From an uncultured Chloroflexota bacterium (lineage in GTDB: Bacteria > Chloroflexota > UBA11872): a stretch of DNA of 64,000 nucleotides. Below the pieces are notes generated by a model, which saw only the letters and a program-made list of their open reading frames with translations, did not search any database and was not told the origin of the DNA. Position 1 is the stretch's first letter. Each line of letters starts with the position of its first letter. The position numbers and the translations under genes are program-made. Shown piece by piece: positions 52,517 through 63,149 of this stretch. Location: assembly GCA_958296175.1 (NCBI GenBank), contig OY282448.1, positions 2,230,127-2,294,126 on the forward strand, in the 5' to 3' direction.

Positions 52517-52750
52517 GAGAAGAGCTCCTCAATCAGGCCGTTGCAACGTCAACGGATGGCGGAATGTCGATGGCCGCACGTGGATGAACCGGGCACGGCT
52601 GGCGGGCGCGCTGGAACGCCGCGAACACGCGCCGGTACCTGCCTTCGCCGCGCCCCCGCACACAGGAACGCGAGTGAACCGCTGCATTCCTGCCGCGGTC
52701 CACGCTGCACTCCCTGCGGTCCCCGGCCGCGAGCTCCAGGTCACTGGCCG

Positions 52751-53149
52751 CTACGTCCGCAGGTCTTTCCACGGCGCTTCGCTCGCCGCGTCCACCAGTT
52801 CGTAGCCGATCTCGCCGACGCAGGGCCCCAGGATGGCGATGACGGCGGCTGGTTCGTCCCCATCGTTGAAGGTGGCGTGCACCTGGTCGGCCTGGATGAA
52901 CACCGAGTCGCCCGGCGACAGCATGCGCCGTTCCGTATCGACCCACTGCTCGACCACGCCTTTGACGCACACGATGACTTCTTCCTGGTCGGGGTGCTTG
53001 TGAAAGTCGTGGCCGTTGCCGGGCAGCAATTCCACGTCGATGACGGTCAGGAACTTGCTGCCCGTCGACGGTGGATTGCTCAGCCAGCCCAGGCTGCCCC
53101 AGTCCAGCACGTCGCGGGGCGTGTCCGACTTGATGGCGAATCTGCGCAT
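52751..53149 (-). CDS. Cupin domain protein
   Basis: PGNGHDFHKHPDQEEVI and PGDSVFIQADQVHATFN. Confidence 0.92.
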   Translation of the reverse strand: MRRFAIKSDTPRDVLDWGSLGWLSNPPSTGSKFLTVIDVELLPGNGHDFHKHPDQEEVIVCVKGVVEQWVDTERRMLSPGDSVFIQADQVHATFNDGDEPAAVIAILGPCVGEIGYELVDAASEAPWKDLRT

Positions 53150-53160
53150 GGGCGTGTCTC

Positions 53161-54378
53161 CTATGCGGGCCGTGGAAGCCATGCCAGCAGGCGGTCGGCC
53201 ATGGCGCGGGCGAAGGCGGGGTCGTTGACGTGCAGGTCCAGTTCGACCAGGTCGACCGTGTCGGTGTCGAGCTCGTCCCGCAGCGCCTGGAAGAGCCTCC
53301 GGTCCGCCTCGGGGTCGTGAAACGGCTGCCCGTCGGCGTCGATCATGCTGACGCCGCGCAGGGGAACGAAGAGGCAGGTTGGCCCGACGGCTCGATTCAG
53401 TTTGCCGGCGATGATGCGCCCGAGCTGCGCGCACTCGTCGGCTGTGGTGCGCATGAGCGTGACCTGCGGGTTGTGCACGTACAAGGTGCGGTTGCGAAAC
53501 CGCGCCGGAACGCTTGCGCGCGGGCCGAAGTTGACCATGTCCAGCGCGCCCAGCGACACGACCTGCGGGACGCCCGCGGCCGCGGCAGCGTCCAGGCGCG
53601 CGGGGCCGGCGGAGAGCACCCCGCCGACCAGCTCGTCGCACCATTCGGTCGTGGTGACGTCCGCCACGCCGGCGAAGTAGCCGTCGGCAATCAGCCCTTC
53701 CATGGCGCGCCCGCCGCTGCCGGTGGCGTGAAAGACCAGCACTTCGTACCCCGCGGTTTCCAGCGCCTGCCGCACGGCGGTGACGCAGGGCGTGGTGACG
53801 CCGAACATGCTGGCGGCAATCAGGGGCGTGTCGTCCGCCGCCGGCGCGGCCTGTTCGACCATGCCGCAGACGGCGCCCGCGGCGTTGGCAAAGACCCGGC
53901 GCGAGATGCGGTTGAGGCCGGCCACGTCCACCACCGAATACATCAGGGTGACGTCTTTCACGCCGACGTACGGCGCCGCGTCGCCGGCGGCCATGGTGGA
54001 CACCACTACTTTGGGCACGCCGACCGGCAGGACGCGCATGGCAGCCGCGGCGATCGAGGTGCCGCCCGATCCGCCGAGCGCCAGCAAGCCGTCGATCGTG
54101 CGCTGGCCGTACGCCCGCAGCGTCAGGCGGGCGGCGCCGGCGGCCATGGCGGTCAGCGCCGCGCCGCGGTCGCCGGCGGCGCGCAGCTCCTGCAGCGACG
54201 CCCCGCCGGCGCGAGCGACCTCCGCCGCGCCGACGTCGGGTTCGAACGACGGCTCGCCGGCCACGCCGGCGTCCATGACCAACGTGCGATGGCCGCGCGC
54301 GTGAATGAGGTCGCGCACGTAGGCGTATTCAGCGCCTTTGGTGTCCAGTGTTCCAACCAGCAGGATCGTGCGGGTCAC
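53161..54378 (-). CDS. UPF0261 / Tm-1-like ATP-binding domain protein
   Basis: GTLDTKGAE, GGSGGT, LPVGVPK, SVVDVAGLN, SMFGVTTPCV, VFHATGSGG, GALDMVNFG, HVNDPAFA. Confidence 0.95.
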   Translation of the reverse strand: MTRTILLVGTLDTKGAEYAYVRDLIHARGHRTLVMDAGVAGEPSFEPDVGAAEVARAGGASLQELRAAGDRGAALTAMAAGAARLTLRAYGQRTIDGLLALGGSGGTSIAAAAMRVLPVGVPKVVVSTMAAGDAAPYVGVKDVTLMYSVVDVAGLNRISRRVFANAAGAVCGMVEQAAPAADDTPLIAASMFGVTTPCVTAVRQALETAGYEVLVFHATGSGGRAMEGLIADGYFAGVADVTTTEWCDELVGGVLSAGPARLDAAAAAGVPQVVSLGALDMVNFGPRASVPARFRNRTLYVHNPQVTLMRTTADECAQLGRIIAGKLNRAVGPTCLFVPLRGVSMIDADGQPFHDPEADRRLFQALRDELDTDTVDLVELDLHVNDPAFARAMADRLLAWLPRPA

Positions 54379-54811
54379 GTCATCGGCGCCTGGTGGAACC
54401 GTGGCCTGGTGCGTGCGGTGTGCGCGGCGTGTGCGTCGAAGGGGAAAGTGGGCCCGGCGGGAAGCGCTGGGCGCGGCGTGCTGCGCGGAGCGTTGGGCGC
54501 GAGGCGTGCACAGGTTGCAGTGGCGGGGTGCATCGCTGTCTCTTCCGCGCGCGGGACGCCTGCGCCGCCCATCATCCCCCAATCGCCGGCCGCTGGCGAG
54601 CCACGGCGGCCTTCGACCGTCCGTTCCGAGTCCATGACACCGCCCCCGCCGCTCCCGCGGCCGCTGGCGCTCGGCGGCGGCAGTTCGCAGGTTCGGGGCA
54701 TGGACCGCGTCGGAACGGCAACGGCTCGACGGCGGTCCATGCGATGGCGCTCGGCCGGAAGCGGTAGGGTGAGGGCCGTCATTGCCTGGCGCGTGAGCGG
54801 GATCGGCACCC

Positions 54812-55843
54812 ATGCGATCGGTTATCTGCGTGCACGAGCGGTTCGACGCCGAATGGCCGTTTGCGGCCGACTACTGGCGCGATTGCTGGCAGCGGCGCGG
54901 GGGCTGCGAGCTGTACCGCACCGACGACCCCGACGCGCGCGCCCCGCGGCTCGTTCCCGACCCGGCGTCCGTCACCCGCCTGGCGCTGCTGGGTTTTCAC
55001 GCCGCCGCGCAGGACCTGGAGCCGTTCACGGCGCTGGAGGAGTGCTTCCATCCGTCCTACGGGCTGAAATGGAACGACCCGCGCCTGTCGATGGCGGGAA
55101 TCGAGGCCGCGAAGGCGCGCGGCGTGCGGTTCGTTCCTCACCGGCTCGACGTCTACTGGGGGCAGTCGGTGGCGGAGTTCGCCTTGGGCCTCACCATCGC
55201 TGCGCTGCGCCGCATTCCGCAGACCTCAGCCGCCATGACGCAGAGTCACGATCCCTGGCGCTACCAGCCGGCGGTGGGACGGCCCGGACGCCGAGGCGCG
55301 CAGTTCGGCGACGACCCGAATTTTGTCAACGGCACGGTGGCGGGCAAGCGCGTGCGCGTGGTCGGCGCGGGGAACATTGGGGCGCGCTATGCCTCCTGGT
55401 GCGCGGCGCTCGGAGCGCAGGTCGCGGTCTGGGACCCGTTCGCGCCCGACGCAACCTTCACGGCTGCCCGCGTCAGCCGCTGTTTCCACCTGTCCGAACT
55501 CGTGCGGGACGCGCAGATATTCACGGCCATGCTGCCGCTCACCGATTCCACGCGCGGCTTGGTTACGGCCGACCTCATCGAGGCGCTGCCGCGCGGGGCG
55601 CTGGTGGTGCAAGCCACGCGCGCGGCCATTTGCGACACCCAGGCGCTGTACCGGCGTGTGCTGAACGACGAACTGGCGCTGGCGGCCGACGTGTTCGACG
55701 TGGAGCCGCTGCCGCTGGATTCCCCGCTCCTGGGCCGTCACAACGTGGTGCACACGCCGCACAACGCCGGGCGCACGCTGGACGCCAACCGCGCCTGGGT
55801 GGACGACCAGATTGCGCGGTTCCGTCCGCGCGGACAGGAGTGA
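54812..55843 (+). CDS. D-isomer-specific 2-hydroxyacid dehydrogenase family
   Basis: SVAEFALGL, VGAGNIG, PLTDSTRGL, ATR, DVFDVEP, TPHNAG. Confidence 0.92.
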   Translation: MRSVICVHERFDAEWPFAADYWRDCWQRRGGCELYRTDDPDARAPRLVPDPASVTRLALLGFHAAAQDLEPFTALEECFHPSYGLKWNDPRLSMAGIEAAKARGVRFVPHRLDVYWGQSVAEFALGLTIAALRRIPQTSAAMTQSHDPWRYQPAVGRPGRRGAQFGDDPNFVNGTVAGKRVRVVGAGNIGARYASWCAALGAQVAVWDPFAPDATFTAARVSRCFHLSELVRDAQIFTAMLPLTDSTRGLVTADLIEALPRGALVVQATRAAICDTQALYRRVLNDELALAADVFDVEPLPLDSPLLGRHNVVHTPHNAGRTLDANRAWVDDQIARFRPRGQE

Positions 55844-55984
55844 CGGGCCGCGGCGGGTCGTGTCCCGGCTGGGGAACGCGCACGCGGCCGCGGCCGGCCG
55901 TGTAGTCCAGCAATCGTTACCATGCAGCAAATGTCCTTGTGCCACGCTGCAATCCATCAGGCCGTGCGAACTACCGGGGGCGCG

Positions 55985-58063
55985 ATGATCCACGCGCGAC
56001 GCGCGACGACGAGGGTGGCGTCCGTGCGGCGCATAGCCGCGCGGCCTTGGCCGTTCGCCGGTCTCGTGCTTGCGGCGGCGGCGCTGGCCGCCGTCTGGCT
56101 CACGCCCGCCGCGGCGCAGACGCCGGTCATTGCGCCCGTGGGCGGCGCGCTGTCCGGCCGCGTCATCCAGGTCGTCGCCTCGCCGCTGTACGTCTTCGAC
56201 CGCAACGTCTGGCTGCTGGCCGACGGGGCCGGGGTGTACCGCAGCACGGACGGCGGGCGCGCCTATGCGGCCTCGAACAGCGGCCTGGACGATCTGAACG
56301 TGCGCGCGCTGGCCGCCGCGCCGCATGACTCGTCCGCCGGCGTCCTGCTGGTCGGCACGGACAGCGGCGTGTTCCGATCCACCGATTACGGCGCGACCTG
56401 GGCAGCGGCCAGCGGCCTGCCGCCCGGCGCCGTGCACGGCGTCGTGTTTTCGCCGCGGCCCGACACGACGCCTACCGCCTACGCCCTCGTGCGCGGGCAA
56501 GGGCTGTTCGCATCGGGCGACCACGGGCAGACCTGGACTCGCTACGCCGCCGCCGGGTTGCTCGACAAGCGCTTTCTGGGCATTGCCGCCGCAAAGCACG
56601 TCGACAACCAGGTCGCGCTGATCGCGTGGACGCCGGCGCACGTCTACGTCAGCCACACTTGGGGGTCGATCTTTCGCGACGCGCTGCGGGAGTCGCGCGG
56701 CGAGACCTTCCCAACCGAGGGTGAGGTCACCTGGGCCGGGTTCTTGCCGACCGACGGTACCAACCGCAACCTGCTGGTCGGAACCCGCGCCCACGGCTTG
56801 TATGGGTCCGATTCCCACGGGCGCTGGTGGACGCGCACGCTCGACGGTGTGGGGGTCGTGCGTGGCTTGGCCTATTCGCCCGCTTACGGAACCGACCGGA
56901 CCGTCTTTGCCGCCACCTCCAGCGGCGGCGTGATGCGCAGCACCGACGAGGGACGCACCTGGGCAGGAGTGAACGTGGGTCTCGGCTTCACGGACGTTGC
57001 CGGGGTATCGCTGAGCAACGGCTTCAACGACGACGGCGCCGTGGTGGCCGTTGGCGCTGAGGGCCGCGCCGCCGCGTCGTCCACGCGCGGGAACGACTGG
57101 TGGACGCCGGACTGGCAGATGACGGCCGCGCGGGTGCTTGGCGTCGGCCTGTCGGGCCGCTTTGCCGCCGACGCCACGCTGGCCGCCGTCTCGCAGCAAG
57201 GGTTTCACGTCAGCTCGGACGCCGGCGCGTCGTGGGAACGGCGCAACGCCCAACTGCCCTCGCTGGACGTCAGCGCGTTCGCCTTGTCGCCGCGCTACGC
57301 CGACGACGGCATTGCCATCGTGGGGATTCGCGGGCGCGGCGTCTTCCGCACGCCGTCCGCAGGCGCTTACTGGCGCGAGCAAAACGACGGCTTGCCCGCA
57401 ACGCTCACGGCAAACCCGCGCGTGTTTGCATATTCGCCGCGGCTGGAGGTCGACAACACGGTGTTCGTGGGCGGTCCGGGCGGCGTGTTCCGCTCGCGCA
57501 CCGGCGGCAGTTCCTGGGAACCGTCGCAGCTACGCATCGCGCCGTGGGACGAGGTGACCGCGCTGGCCGTGGCGGACACCGGAGGGGCAGCGTCGACCAT
57601 CTTCGCCGGCACGCGTGTGGGCGCCGTCTACCGCTCGACGGACCAGGGCGACCGCTGGACGCGGCTGTTTGCCGCGCCGTCGGGCCAGGTGCGCGCCCTC
57701 GCGGTATCCCCGGACTACGCAACCGACACGACCGTGGTCATCGCCTCGGCCAGCGGCCTGTTCGTCTCCAGCGACGGCGGGGCGTCCTGGTCGCCGGCGG
57801 GCGGTGTGACCGACGCAACGGCGGCGGCATTCTCCCCGGCCTACGCGGACGACGGCGTGATTGCGGCGGCGAGCGCCGGCCCGCAGCCGCGGGTCTACCT
57901 GAGCCGCGACCGCGGCGCCGCGTGGTCGCCGCTTGGCGACCCGCTGCCGGCCGCGGCCGTGACGACCCTGGTCCCCGCACCAGAGTTCGACGGCGCAGGT
58001 TGGATCTTCGTCGGCACGCAGAACGCCGGGGTGTTCCGCGCGGTCGTTGGCCCCGCGGCTTAG
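55985..58063 (+). CDS. Secreted BNR/Asp-box beta-propeller protein
   Basis: Signal peptide ending PAAAQ; many G(V/L)(Y/F)RS.D.G.(T/S)W Asp-box repeats and SP.YA.D.T(V/I) units. Confidence 0.85.
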   Translation: MIHARRATTRVASVRRIAARPWPFAGLVLAAAALAAVWLTPAAAQTPVIAPVGGALSGRVIQVVASPLYVFDRNVWLLADGAGVYRSTDGGRAYAASNSGLDDLNVRALAAAPHDSSAGVLLVGTDSGVFRSTDYGATWAAASGLPPGAVHGVVFSPRPDTTPTAYALVRGQGLFASGDHGQTWTRYAAAGLLDKRFLGIAAAKHVDNQVALIAWTPAHVYVSHTWGSIFRDALRESRGETFPTEGEVTWAGFLPTDGTNRNLLVGTRAHGLYGSDSHGRWWTRTLDGVGVVRGLAYSPAYGTDRTVFAATSSGGVMRSTDEGRTWAGVNVGLGFTDVAGVSLSNGFNDDGAVVAVGAEGRAAASSTRGNDWWTPDWQMTAARVLGVGLSGRFAADATLAAVSQQGFHVSSDAGASWERRNAQLPSLDVSAFALSPRYADDGIAIVGIRGRGVFRTPSAGAYWREQNDGLPATLTANPRVFAYSPRLEVDNTVFVGGPGGVFRSRTGGSSWEPSQLRIAPWDEVTALAVADTGGAASTIFAGTRVGAVYRSTDQGDRWTRLFAAPSGQVRALAVSPDYATDTTVVIASASGLFVSSDGGASWSPAGGVTDATAAAFSPAYADDGVIAAASAGPQPRVYLSRDRGAAWSPLGDPLPAAAVTTLVPAPEFDGAGWIFVGTQNAGVFRAVVGPAA

Positions 58064-58171
58064 TCGTTCTCCCTGCGGCTGCACGCGGCCGCCGCCCTGC
58101 GGCTGCGCTGTCTGGCGCAACGCGCGCCCGTCGGCGATGATGCCGCCGGGCGACGCCGCGGAGGATTGTGA

Positions 58172-59566
58172 ATGGCCCAGCCGAACATCGTGCTGATCGT
58201 GGCCGACGACATGGGCTACGGCGATTTTGGCCTGTTCAACGATGGGCCGGCGCGCACGCCCACGCTGGACGGCCTGGCCGCGGAGAGCGTCTGCCTGACC
58301 CAGCACTACTCCGGCTCCTGCGTCTGCGCGCCGGCGCGCGCGGCGCTGCTGACGGGCCGCTACCCGCACCGCACCGGTGCCATCGACACGCTGGAGGGCC
58401 TGGGACTCGACCGCCTGGCGCTGCGGGAAGTCACCCTGGCCGACCGCTGCAAAGCCGCCGGCTACGCCACCGGCATGGTGGGCAAGTGGCACCTGGGCGC
58501 GTTGGACCCCAGATACCACCCCAACGCGCGCGGGTTCGACGAGTTCGTGGGCTTCCGCGGCGGGTGGGCCGACTACTACCGCTGGCGCATCGACCGCAAC
58601 GGCGCCGTCGAGCATTCGGATGGGCGCTATTTGACCGACGTATTCGCGGCCGAGGCGGCAGGGTTCATCCAGCGCAACGCCAGCCGTCCGTTCTTTCTGC
58701 ACGCGGCCTTCAACGCGCCGCACACGCCGCTGCAAGCGCCCGACGCTCTGGTGCAGCCTTACCTGGACGCCGGCCTGACGCGCGGCGTTGCGCTGATTTA
58801 CGCCATGAACCAGCGCATGGACGCGGGCGTGGCGCAGATTCTGGACGCGCTGGAGCGCAGCGGGTGCGCCTCGAACACCATCGTCATGTTCACCAGCGAC
58901 AACGGGCCGCACATGGCGCGCGGCTACGACGCGCTGACCGACGAGGACATCGACACGCACCGCTTCAACTGCAACTTCAACGGCCACAAAGGCCGCGTCT
59001 ACGAAGGCGGCATCCGCGTGCCCATGCTGGTCCGCTGGCCGGACGGGCTGCCAGCGGGGCGCCGCAGCGACGCGCTGGTGCATTACGTGGACTGGCTCCC
59101 CACGCTGCTGGCGGCGGCGGAGGCGCCCGTCGGCGATGGGCCGCCGCTGGACGGCGTCAGCGTCCTGGACGTGCTGCGCGGCGAGCTGCCCCAGGAAGCG
59201 CCGCGCCGCCACTGGCAGTGGAACCGCTATTCGCCGCTGGTCGAGTGCAACGCGGCCATCCGCGCCGGCCGCTGGAAGCTGGTGCGCCCGCGCATCGACG
59301 AGGTCATGCACGTCGAACCCGAACACCTCCAGATGGACCGCGACCTGAAGTACCACCCCGAGCGGCAGCAGGCGGCCGTCCTGGGGGCGGAACCCGAACG
59401 CGAGGCGCCGCCCCCGCCGCCGCCCGAACTCTTCGACGTCGAGACCGATCCGGGCGAACAGCACGACCTGGCGGACGCGGAGCCGCTGCGCGCGGCCAGG
59501 CTCCTGCGCGAGCTGGAAACGTGGTTCGAGAGCGTCGAACGCGAGCGGCGGACGATCGCGGACTGA
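58172..59566 (+). CDS. Arylsulfatase family sulfatase
   Basis: PNIVLIVADDMGYGD, CAPARAALLTGR (CxPxR), GKWHLG, APHTP, SDNG, YEGGIRVP. Confidence 0.96.
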   Translation: MAQPNIVLIVADDMGYGDFGLFNDGPARTPTLDGLAAESVCLTQHYSGSCVCAPARAALLTGRYPHRTGAIDTLEGLGLDRLALREVTLADRCKAAGYATGMVGKWHLGALDPRYHPNARGFDEFVGFRGGWADYYRWRIDRNGAVEHSDGRYLTDVFAAEAAGFIQRNASRPFFLHAAFNAPHTPLQAPDALVQPYLDAGLTRGVALIYAMNQRMDAGVAQILDALERSGCASNTIVMFTSDNGPHMARGYDALTDEDIDTHRFNCNFNGHKGRVYEGGIRVPMLVRWPDGLPAGRRSDALVHYVDWLPTLLAAAEAPVGDGPPLDGVSVLDVLRGELPQEAPRRHWQWNRYSPLVECNAAIRAGRWKLVRPRIDEVMHVEPEHLQMDRDLKYHPERQQAAVLGAEPEREAPPPPPPELFDVETDPGEQHDLADAEPLRAARLLRELETWFESVERERRTIAD

Positions 59567-59685
59567 GCGTTGGTCGTCCCGCCCCGCGGACGTCGACCCC
59601 GGATGCGCGCGCTCGCGGACATGACGGGGAGCAGAGGAATGACGGCGAGGGACGGAGCGCCGGGCCAAGCGCCTTGCCGGTGCAG

Positions 59686-61188
59686 CTAGGCGCCGCGCCC
59701 CGCCGCCGCGAAGCCGAACCCGAACAACCGCGCGCCGCCGTGAATGCCGAACCGCAATCGGAATCGCCGACCCGCAGGCAGCGCGCGGCCGTCGGGCCAG
59801 ACGACCGGCACGTCCGATCCGTCCGTGGCGATTCGCGCCGCGGGCCATGGGCCGAGCGGCGATCCGTCCGCGGCCAGCGCCTGCACGTCCAGACAGTTGC
59901 GCCCCGGCAGCGCGTTGCCCCAGGACACGCGCAGCTCGACGGGCGCGGTCCACGGCTCGATGGGAATCGTCGTCACCGCGCCGGGCGTCTCGCCGTCCAA
60001 GGTCTCCAGCGCCGCGAACCCGTCCAGCGGCAGCGCGGCCAGCCCGGTTTGCGATGGATATACGCTGCCGGCGCTGTGCGGCCATGCGCCGCGGTTCTCG
60101 GCCGGCCAGTTCGTCCAGCTGGCGGGCTGGCCGGCGTAGAACACCTGAATCTCGTGCGCACGCACCACCACGTCGCTCGAGGTCACCAGGAATCCGCCGT
60201 CCCACGCTCCCGGCCCGCCGCGCCGCACCAGGGGGTGATGCGGCTGCACCCGCCGAAAGACCTCGCCGTCGCGGCTGACCGCCAGGCGCACGTCAGCGGC
60301 GTACACCGAGTCGTGCGGCGTGATCCAGCCGTACTCGTACAGCATCACGTACAACCCCTTGTACGGCAGCACCGAGATGAAGTGAATCTGCGACTCGTGG
60401 CCGTCGTCGGGGTCGATGATCGGGTTGTGCGGCGATCGGGTCCAGGTCCAGGGGTCTGGGCCGTAGGCGAGCCCGCCTTTGCGGATGGCCCAGGAACCGC
60501 GCTGCGCCGACATCTGGCCGTAGGCCTTGTAGCGCCGCGCCGGGTTCGGGTCCTGCGGGTCGTAGAGCAACTGGTGCACGTCGAACCAGACCTGCGGGTC
60601 CGGCAGCCGCCGCCTGGCGCCGTCGGCGGCCGGCGGGCTGACGATGCTCGGCGCGCCCTCGCGCGTGAAGTGCAGCCCGTCAGGGGAGTTCCAGATCTCG
60701 CGGTCCTGACGCTCGTCGAAGAGCAGCAGCTTGTAGCGCCGCGCGGGGTCGGCGTCGCCGAGGTCCTTCAGCGCGGGGCCGTTGGTTTTGCGTCCAGGCA
60801 ACAGCGCCACCAGGTTGTTGCGGCGCGAACCGGCGTACGCGTACGCGCCCACGAGCGGCTTCTCCCAGGTCACGCCGTCCGGGCTGACGGCATATCCCAC
60901 ACGCGGCAGTTGCCGGCCGCTTTCGGCGGCGTCCATGCCCATGTACCAGGCCTTGTAATGCCCGGCCTCCGCGTCCCACATCACCGTGCCTTGCCAGGGG
61001 CAGGCCTGCATCGAATCCCAGGCGACGAGCGGTCCGGTGCGGATGACCGGGTTGGCCGGATGCTTGACGGCGGGCCGCACCACCTGACGCGCGCGGTGCA
61101 GCTGGTCGACTTCCAGCAGGTCGAGGAAAAGCACCGACGCCCCCGGCCGGGCGGCGAGGTCTACGCGCGACGGATACGGCGCTGCCAT
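59686..61188 (-). CDS. Five-bladed beta-propeller, glycoside-hydrolase-like hypothetical protein
   Basis: KHPANPVI, YKAWY, YAVSPDGVTWEKP, SPDGLHF, LAVSRDG..F, DGF. Start at MAAPYP inferred. Confidence 0.7.
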   Translation of the reverse strand: MAAPYPSRVDLAARPGASVLFLDLLEVDQLHRARQVVRPAVKHPANPVIRTGPLVAWDSMQACPWQGTVMWDAEAGHYKAWYMGMDAAESGRQLPRVGYAVSPDGVTWEKPLVGAYAYAGSRRNNLVALLPGRKTNGPALKDLGDADPARRYKLLLFDERQDREIWNSPDGLHFTREGAPSIVSPPAADGARRRLPDPQVWFDVHQLLYDPQDPNPARRYKAYGQMSAQRGSWAIRKGGLAYGPDPWTWTRSPHNPIIDPDDGHESQIHFISVLPYKGLYVMLYEYGWITPHDSVYAADVRLAVSRDGEVFRRVQPHHPLVRRGGPGAWDGGFLVTSSDVVVRAHEIQVFYAGQPASWTNWPAENRGAWPHSAGSVYPSQTGLAALPLDGFAALETLDGETPGAVTTIPIEPWTAPVELRVSWGNALPGRNCLDVQALAADGSPLGPWPAARIATDGSDVPVVWPDGRALPAGRRFRLRFGIHGGARLFGFGFAAAGRGA

Positions 61189-61214
61189 CGGTGGCCGCCC
61201 GGCTACACGACCGG

Positions 61215-62696
61215 CTACACGACCGGCAGCGGGGCCGCGTCGCCGGTCTGCGTCTGCCAGGCGCGGATGCGGCCGAGCAGGCCGCGGACGCGGCCGCGCT
61301 GCGCCGGGTCGTCGAAACGGTTCGTCAGCTCGTGCGGGTCGGCGGTGAGGTCGAACAGCTCGGACTGGTCGGAGGCGCTGGCGTTGAGTTTCCAGCCGTC
61401 GCGGCTGAGGATCGAGCGCCAGGGGTCGGCTTCGATGCGCTGCGCCTCGGGCGGCGCGTCGGGCGGCCAGACGCAGGAATTGTGGCTGCCGTTCCATTCC
61501 ACGATCACGTCGTTGTCGGCCAGGTCGGCCGCGCCGCGCAGCACGTCGGCGCGGCTGACGCCCTGCACGTCGGCCGGCGCGTCGACCCCCATCAAGTCGA
61601 GCAGCGTCGGAACCAGATCGACCAGGCTCATCGCGCCGTCGATGCGCCGCCCGCTGTCGGACAGCCAGGGCACGCGCAGCAGCAGCGGCACGCGCATGGC
61701 TTCTTCGTAGAGCGTGCACTTCGCCAGGATGTTGTGGTCGCCCATCATGTCGCCGTGGTCGGAGGTGAAGACCACGATGGTGCGGTCGGCCTGGCCCGAC
61801 GCTTCCACCGCCGCCAGGATGCGGCCCACGGCGCGGTCGACCAGCGTCACCAGACCCCAGTAATTGCGGCGCAGCGTGCGCCAGCCGGCCTCGCCGCGCA
61901 GGTCGTACCCGCGCCAGTCGGTCGATCCGTAATACGCCGCCAGCGTCCGATGCACCAGCGAGGCGTCGGCGTCCGGCGGACGCAGAAAGGCCGGGCCGGT
62001 TTCCAGGTTGGCCGGGTCGTGCAGGTCGTTCAGCGGGCCGTCGAAGGGCATGTGCGGTTCGAGGAAGTTGACATAATGAATCCACGGCGTGTGGGCGTGC
62101 GCCTCGATGAACGCTGCCGACCGCGCCCCCAGAAAGCTCGCCTTCGTGAACGGCTCGGGCATCTCGGCGGCCGTCTGACGCGAAAACGTGCGCAGCGCGC
62201 CGGAATCCGCCGCCGATCTTCCGTGCGCTGCTTTGCCGCCGTCCGGTTCGAAGCCGTTCGCCAGCAGGAAGTGGTGATAGTCGCTCAGGCGGCTGGCGGC
62301 CTCGGTCGCATCGGCATAGTGCGCCCGATAGCCGTCTTCGATCCCCGCGAACTCCGAGAACCCGCGCTGCGGCACCAGCTCGCTGCCCAGATGCCATTTA
62401 CCGTAGTAGGTGCAGGTGTAGTCGTCGGGCGCGCGCTCGGCCAGTGTCAGATGTTCGGGCCGCAATGGGTCGTTGTTCTCGATACAGCCCGTCGTGTGCG
62501 GGTAATAGCCCGTCATGATCGACGAGCGCGACGGCGTGCAGACAGGCTGCGTGCAGTACGCGCGCTCCACCACGAAGCTCTGCGCAGCCAGGCGGTTCAG
62601 GTTCGGCGCCTGGATCGTCGTGTTGCCGTAACACGCCAGGGTGTCGGCGCGCTGCTCGTCGGTGAAAATGAACAGCAGGTTGGGACGCTGCGCCAT
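61215..62696 (-). CDS. Sulfatase family hydrolase
   Basis: PNLLFIFTDEQRAD, CTPSRSSIMTG, GKWHLG, EPHMP, TSDHGDMMGDH, DPHELTN; AGGAGG RBS. Confidence 0.96.
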   Translation of the reverse strand: MAQRPNLLFIFTDEQRADTLACYGNTTIQAPNLNRLAAQSFVVERAYCTQPVCTPSRSSIMTGYYPHTTGCIENNDPLRPEHLTLAERAPDDYTCTYYGKWHLGSELVPQRGFSEFAGIEDGYRAHYADATEAASRLSDYHHFLLANGFEPDGGKAAHGRSAADSGALRTFSRQTAAEMPEPFTKASFLGARSAAFIEAHAHTPWIHYVNFLEPHMPFDGPLNDLHDPANLETGPAFLRPPDADASLVHRTLAAYYGSTDWRGYDLRGEAGWRTLRRNYWGLVTLVDRAVGRILAAVEASGQADRTIVVFTSDHGDMMGDHNILAKCTLYEEAMRVPLLLRVPWLSDSGRRIDGAMSLVDLVPTLLDLMGVDAPADVQGVSRADVLRGAADLADNDVIVEWNGSHNSCVWPPDAPPEAQRIEADPWRSILSRDGWKLNASASDQSELFDLTADPHELTNRFDDPAQRGRVRGLLGRIRAWQTQTGDAAPLPVV

Positions 62697-62815
62697 ACCG
62701 CTCCTCCTTCAGCGTGCGCGCCCGCCCGGCGCGTCATGTCTCCGCCGGCGCAGGCGCGGCCGACGGCCGCGCGCAGCAGCGGGCGGCGGGGCCTGGCGCC
62801 GGGAGCGCCCGCGCG

Positions 62816-63133
62816 TCACGCGCCGCCCGCCGCCGTTGGCTCGGCCTGGGCCTTGGCTTTTTGCTGCGCTTCCCACTGCTGCCGCAGCCGCGCGTGTTCT
62901 TCGTCGGACAGATAGCGCCCGCTTTGCGAGCTCGTGCGCGGGAACGAATAGCCCTCGAAGGCGCTCTCCGAATCGCCGCAGCTCGGCAGCAGCAGCGTAC
63001 CCGCCAGGGCGCCGGCGCCGCCAGCCAGCCGCAGCACCGCCCGCCGGCCGCAGACCAGACGCCAGGGAGCGGGCGCCCAGGCAAAGTCCCTCGCCGGCCG
63101 GCAGGCGCGGCCAGGCAACGCCGCGCCCGCCAA
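62816..63133 (-). CDS. Small putative Tat lipoprotein (start uncertain)
   Basis: GRRAVLRLAGG twin-arginine-like motif and LLLPSC lipobox, followed by a hydrophilic tail. Confidence 0.45.
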   Translation of the reverse strand: MAGAALPGRACRPARDFAWAPAPWRLVCGRRAVLRLAGGAGALAGTLLLPSCGDSESAFEGYSFPRTSSQSGRYLSDEEHARLRQQWEAQQKAKAQAEPTAAGGA

Positions 63134-63149
63134 CCGGTGCCGGCCGCCC

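Noticed and set aside
61199..61227. 12-bp tandem duplication CCGGCTACACGA around the sulfatase stop
   Set aside because: A simple slippage duplicate with no effect on either ORF.
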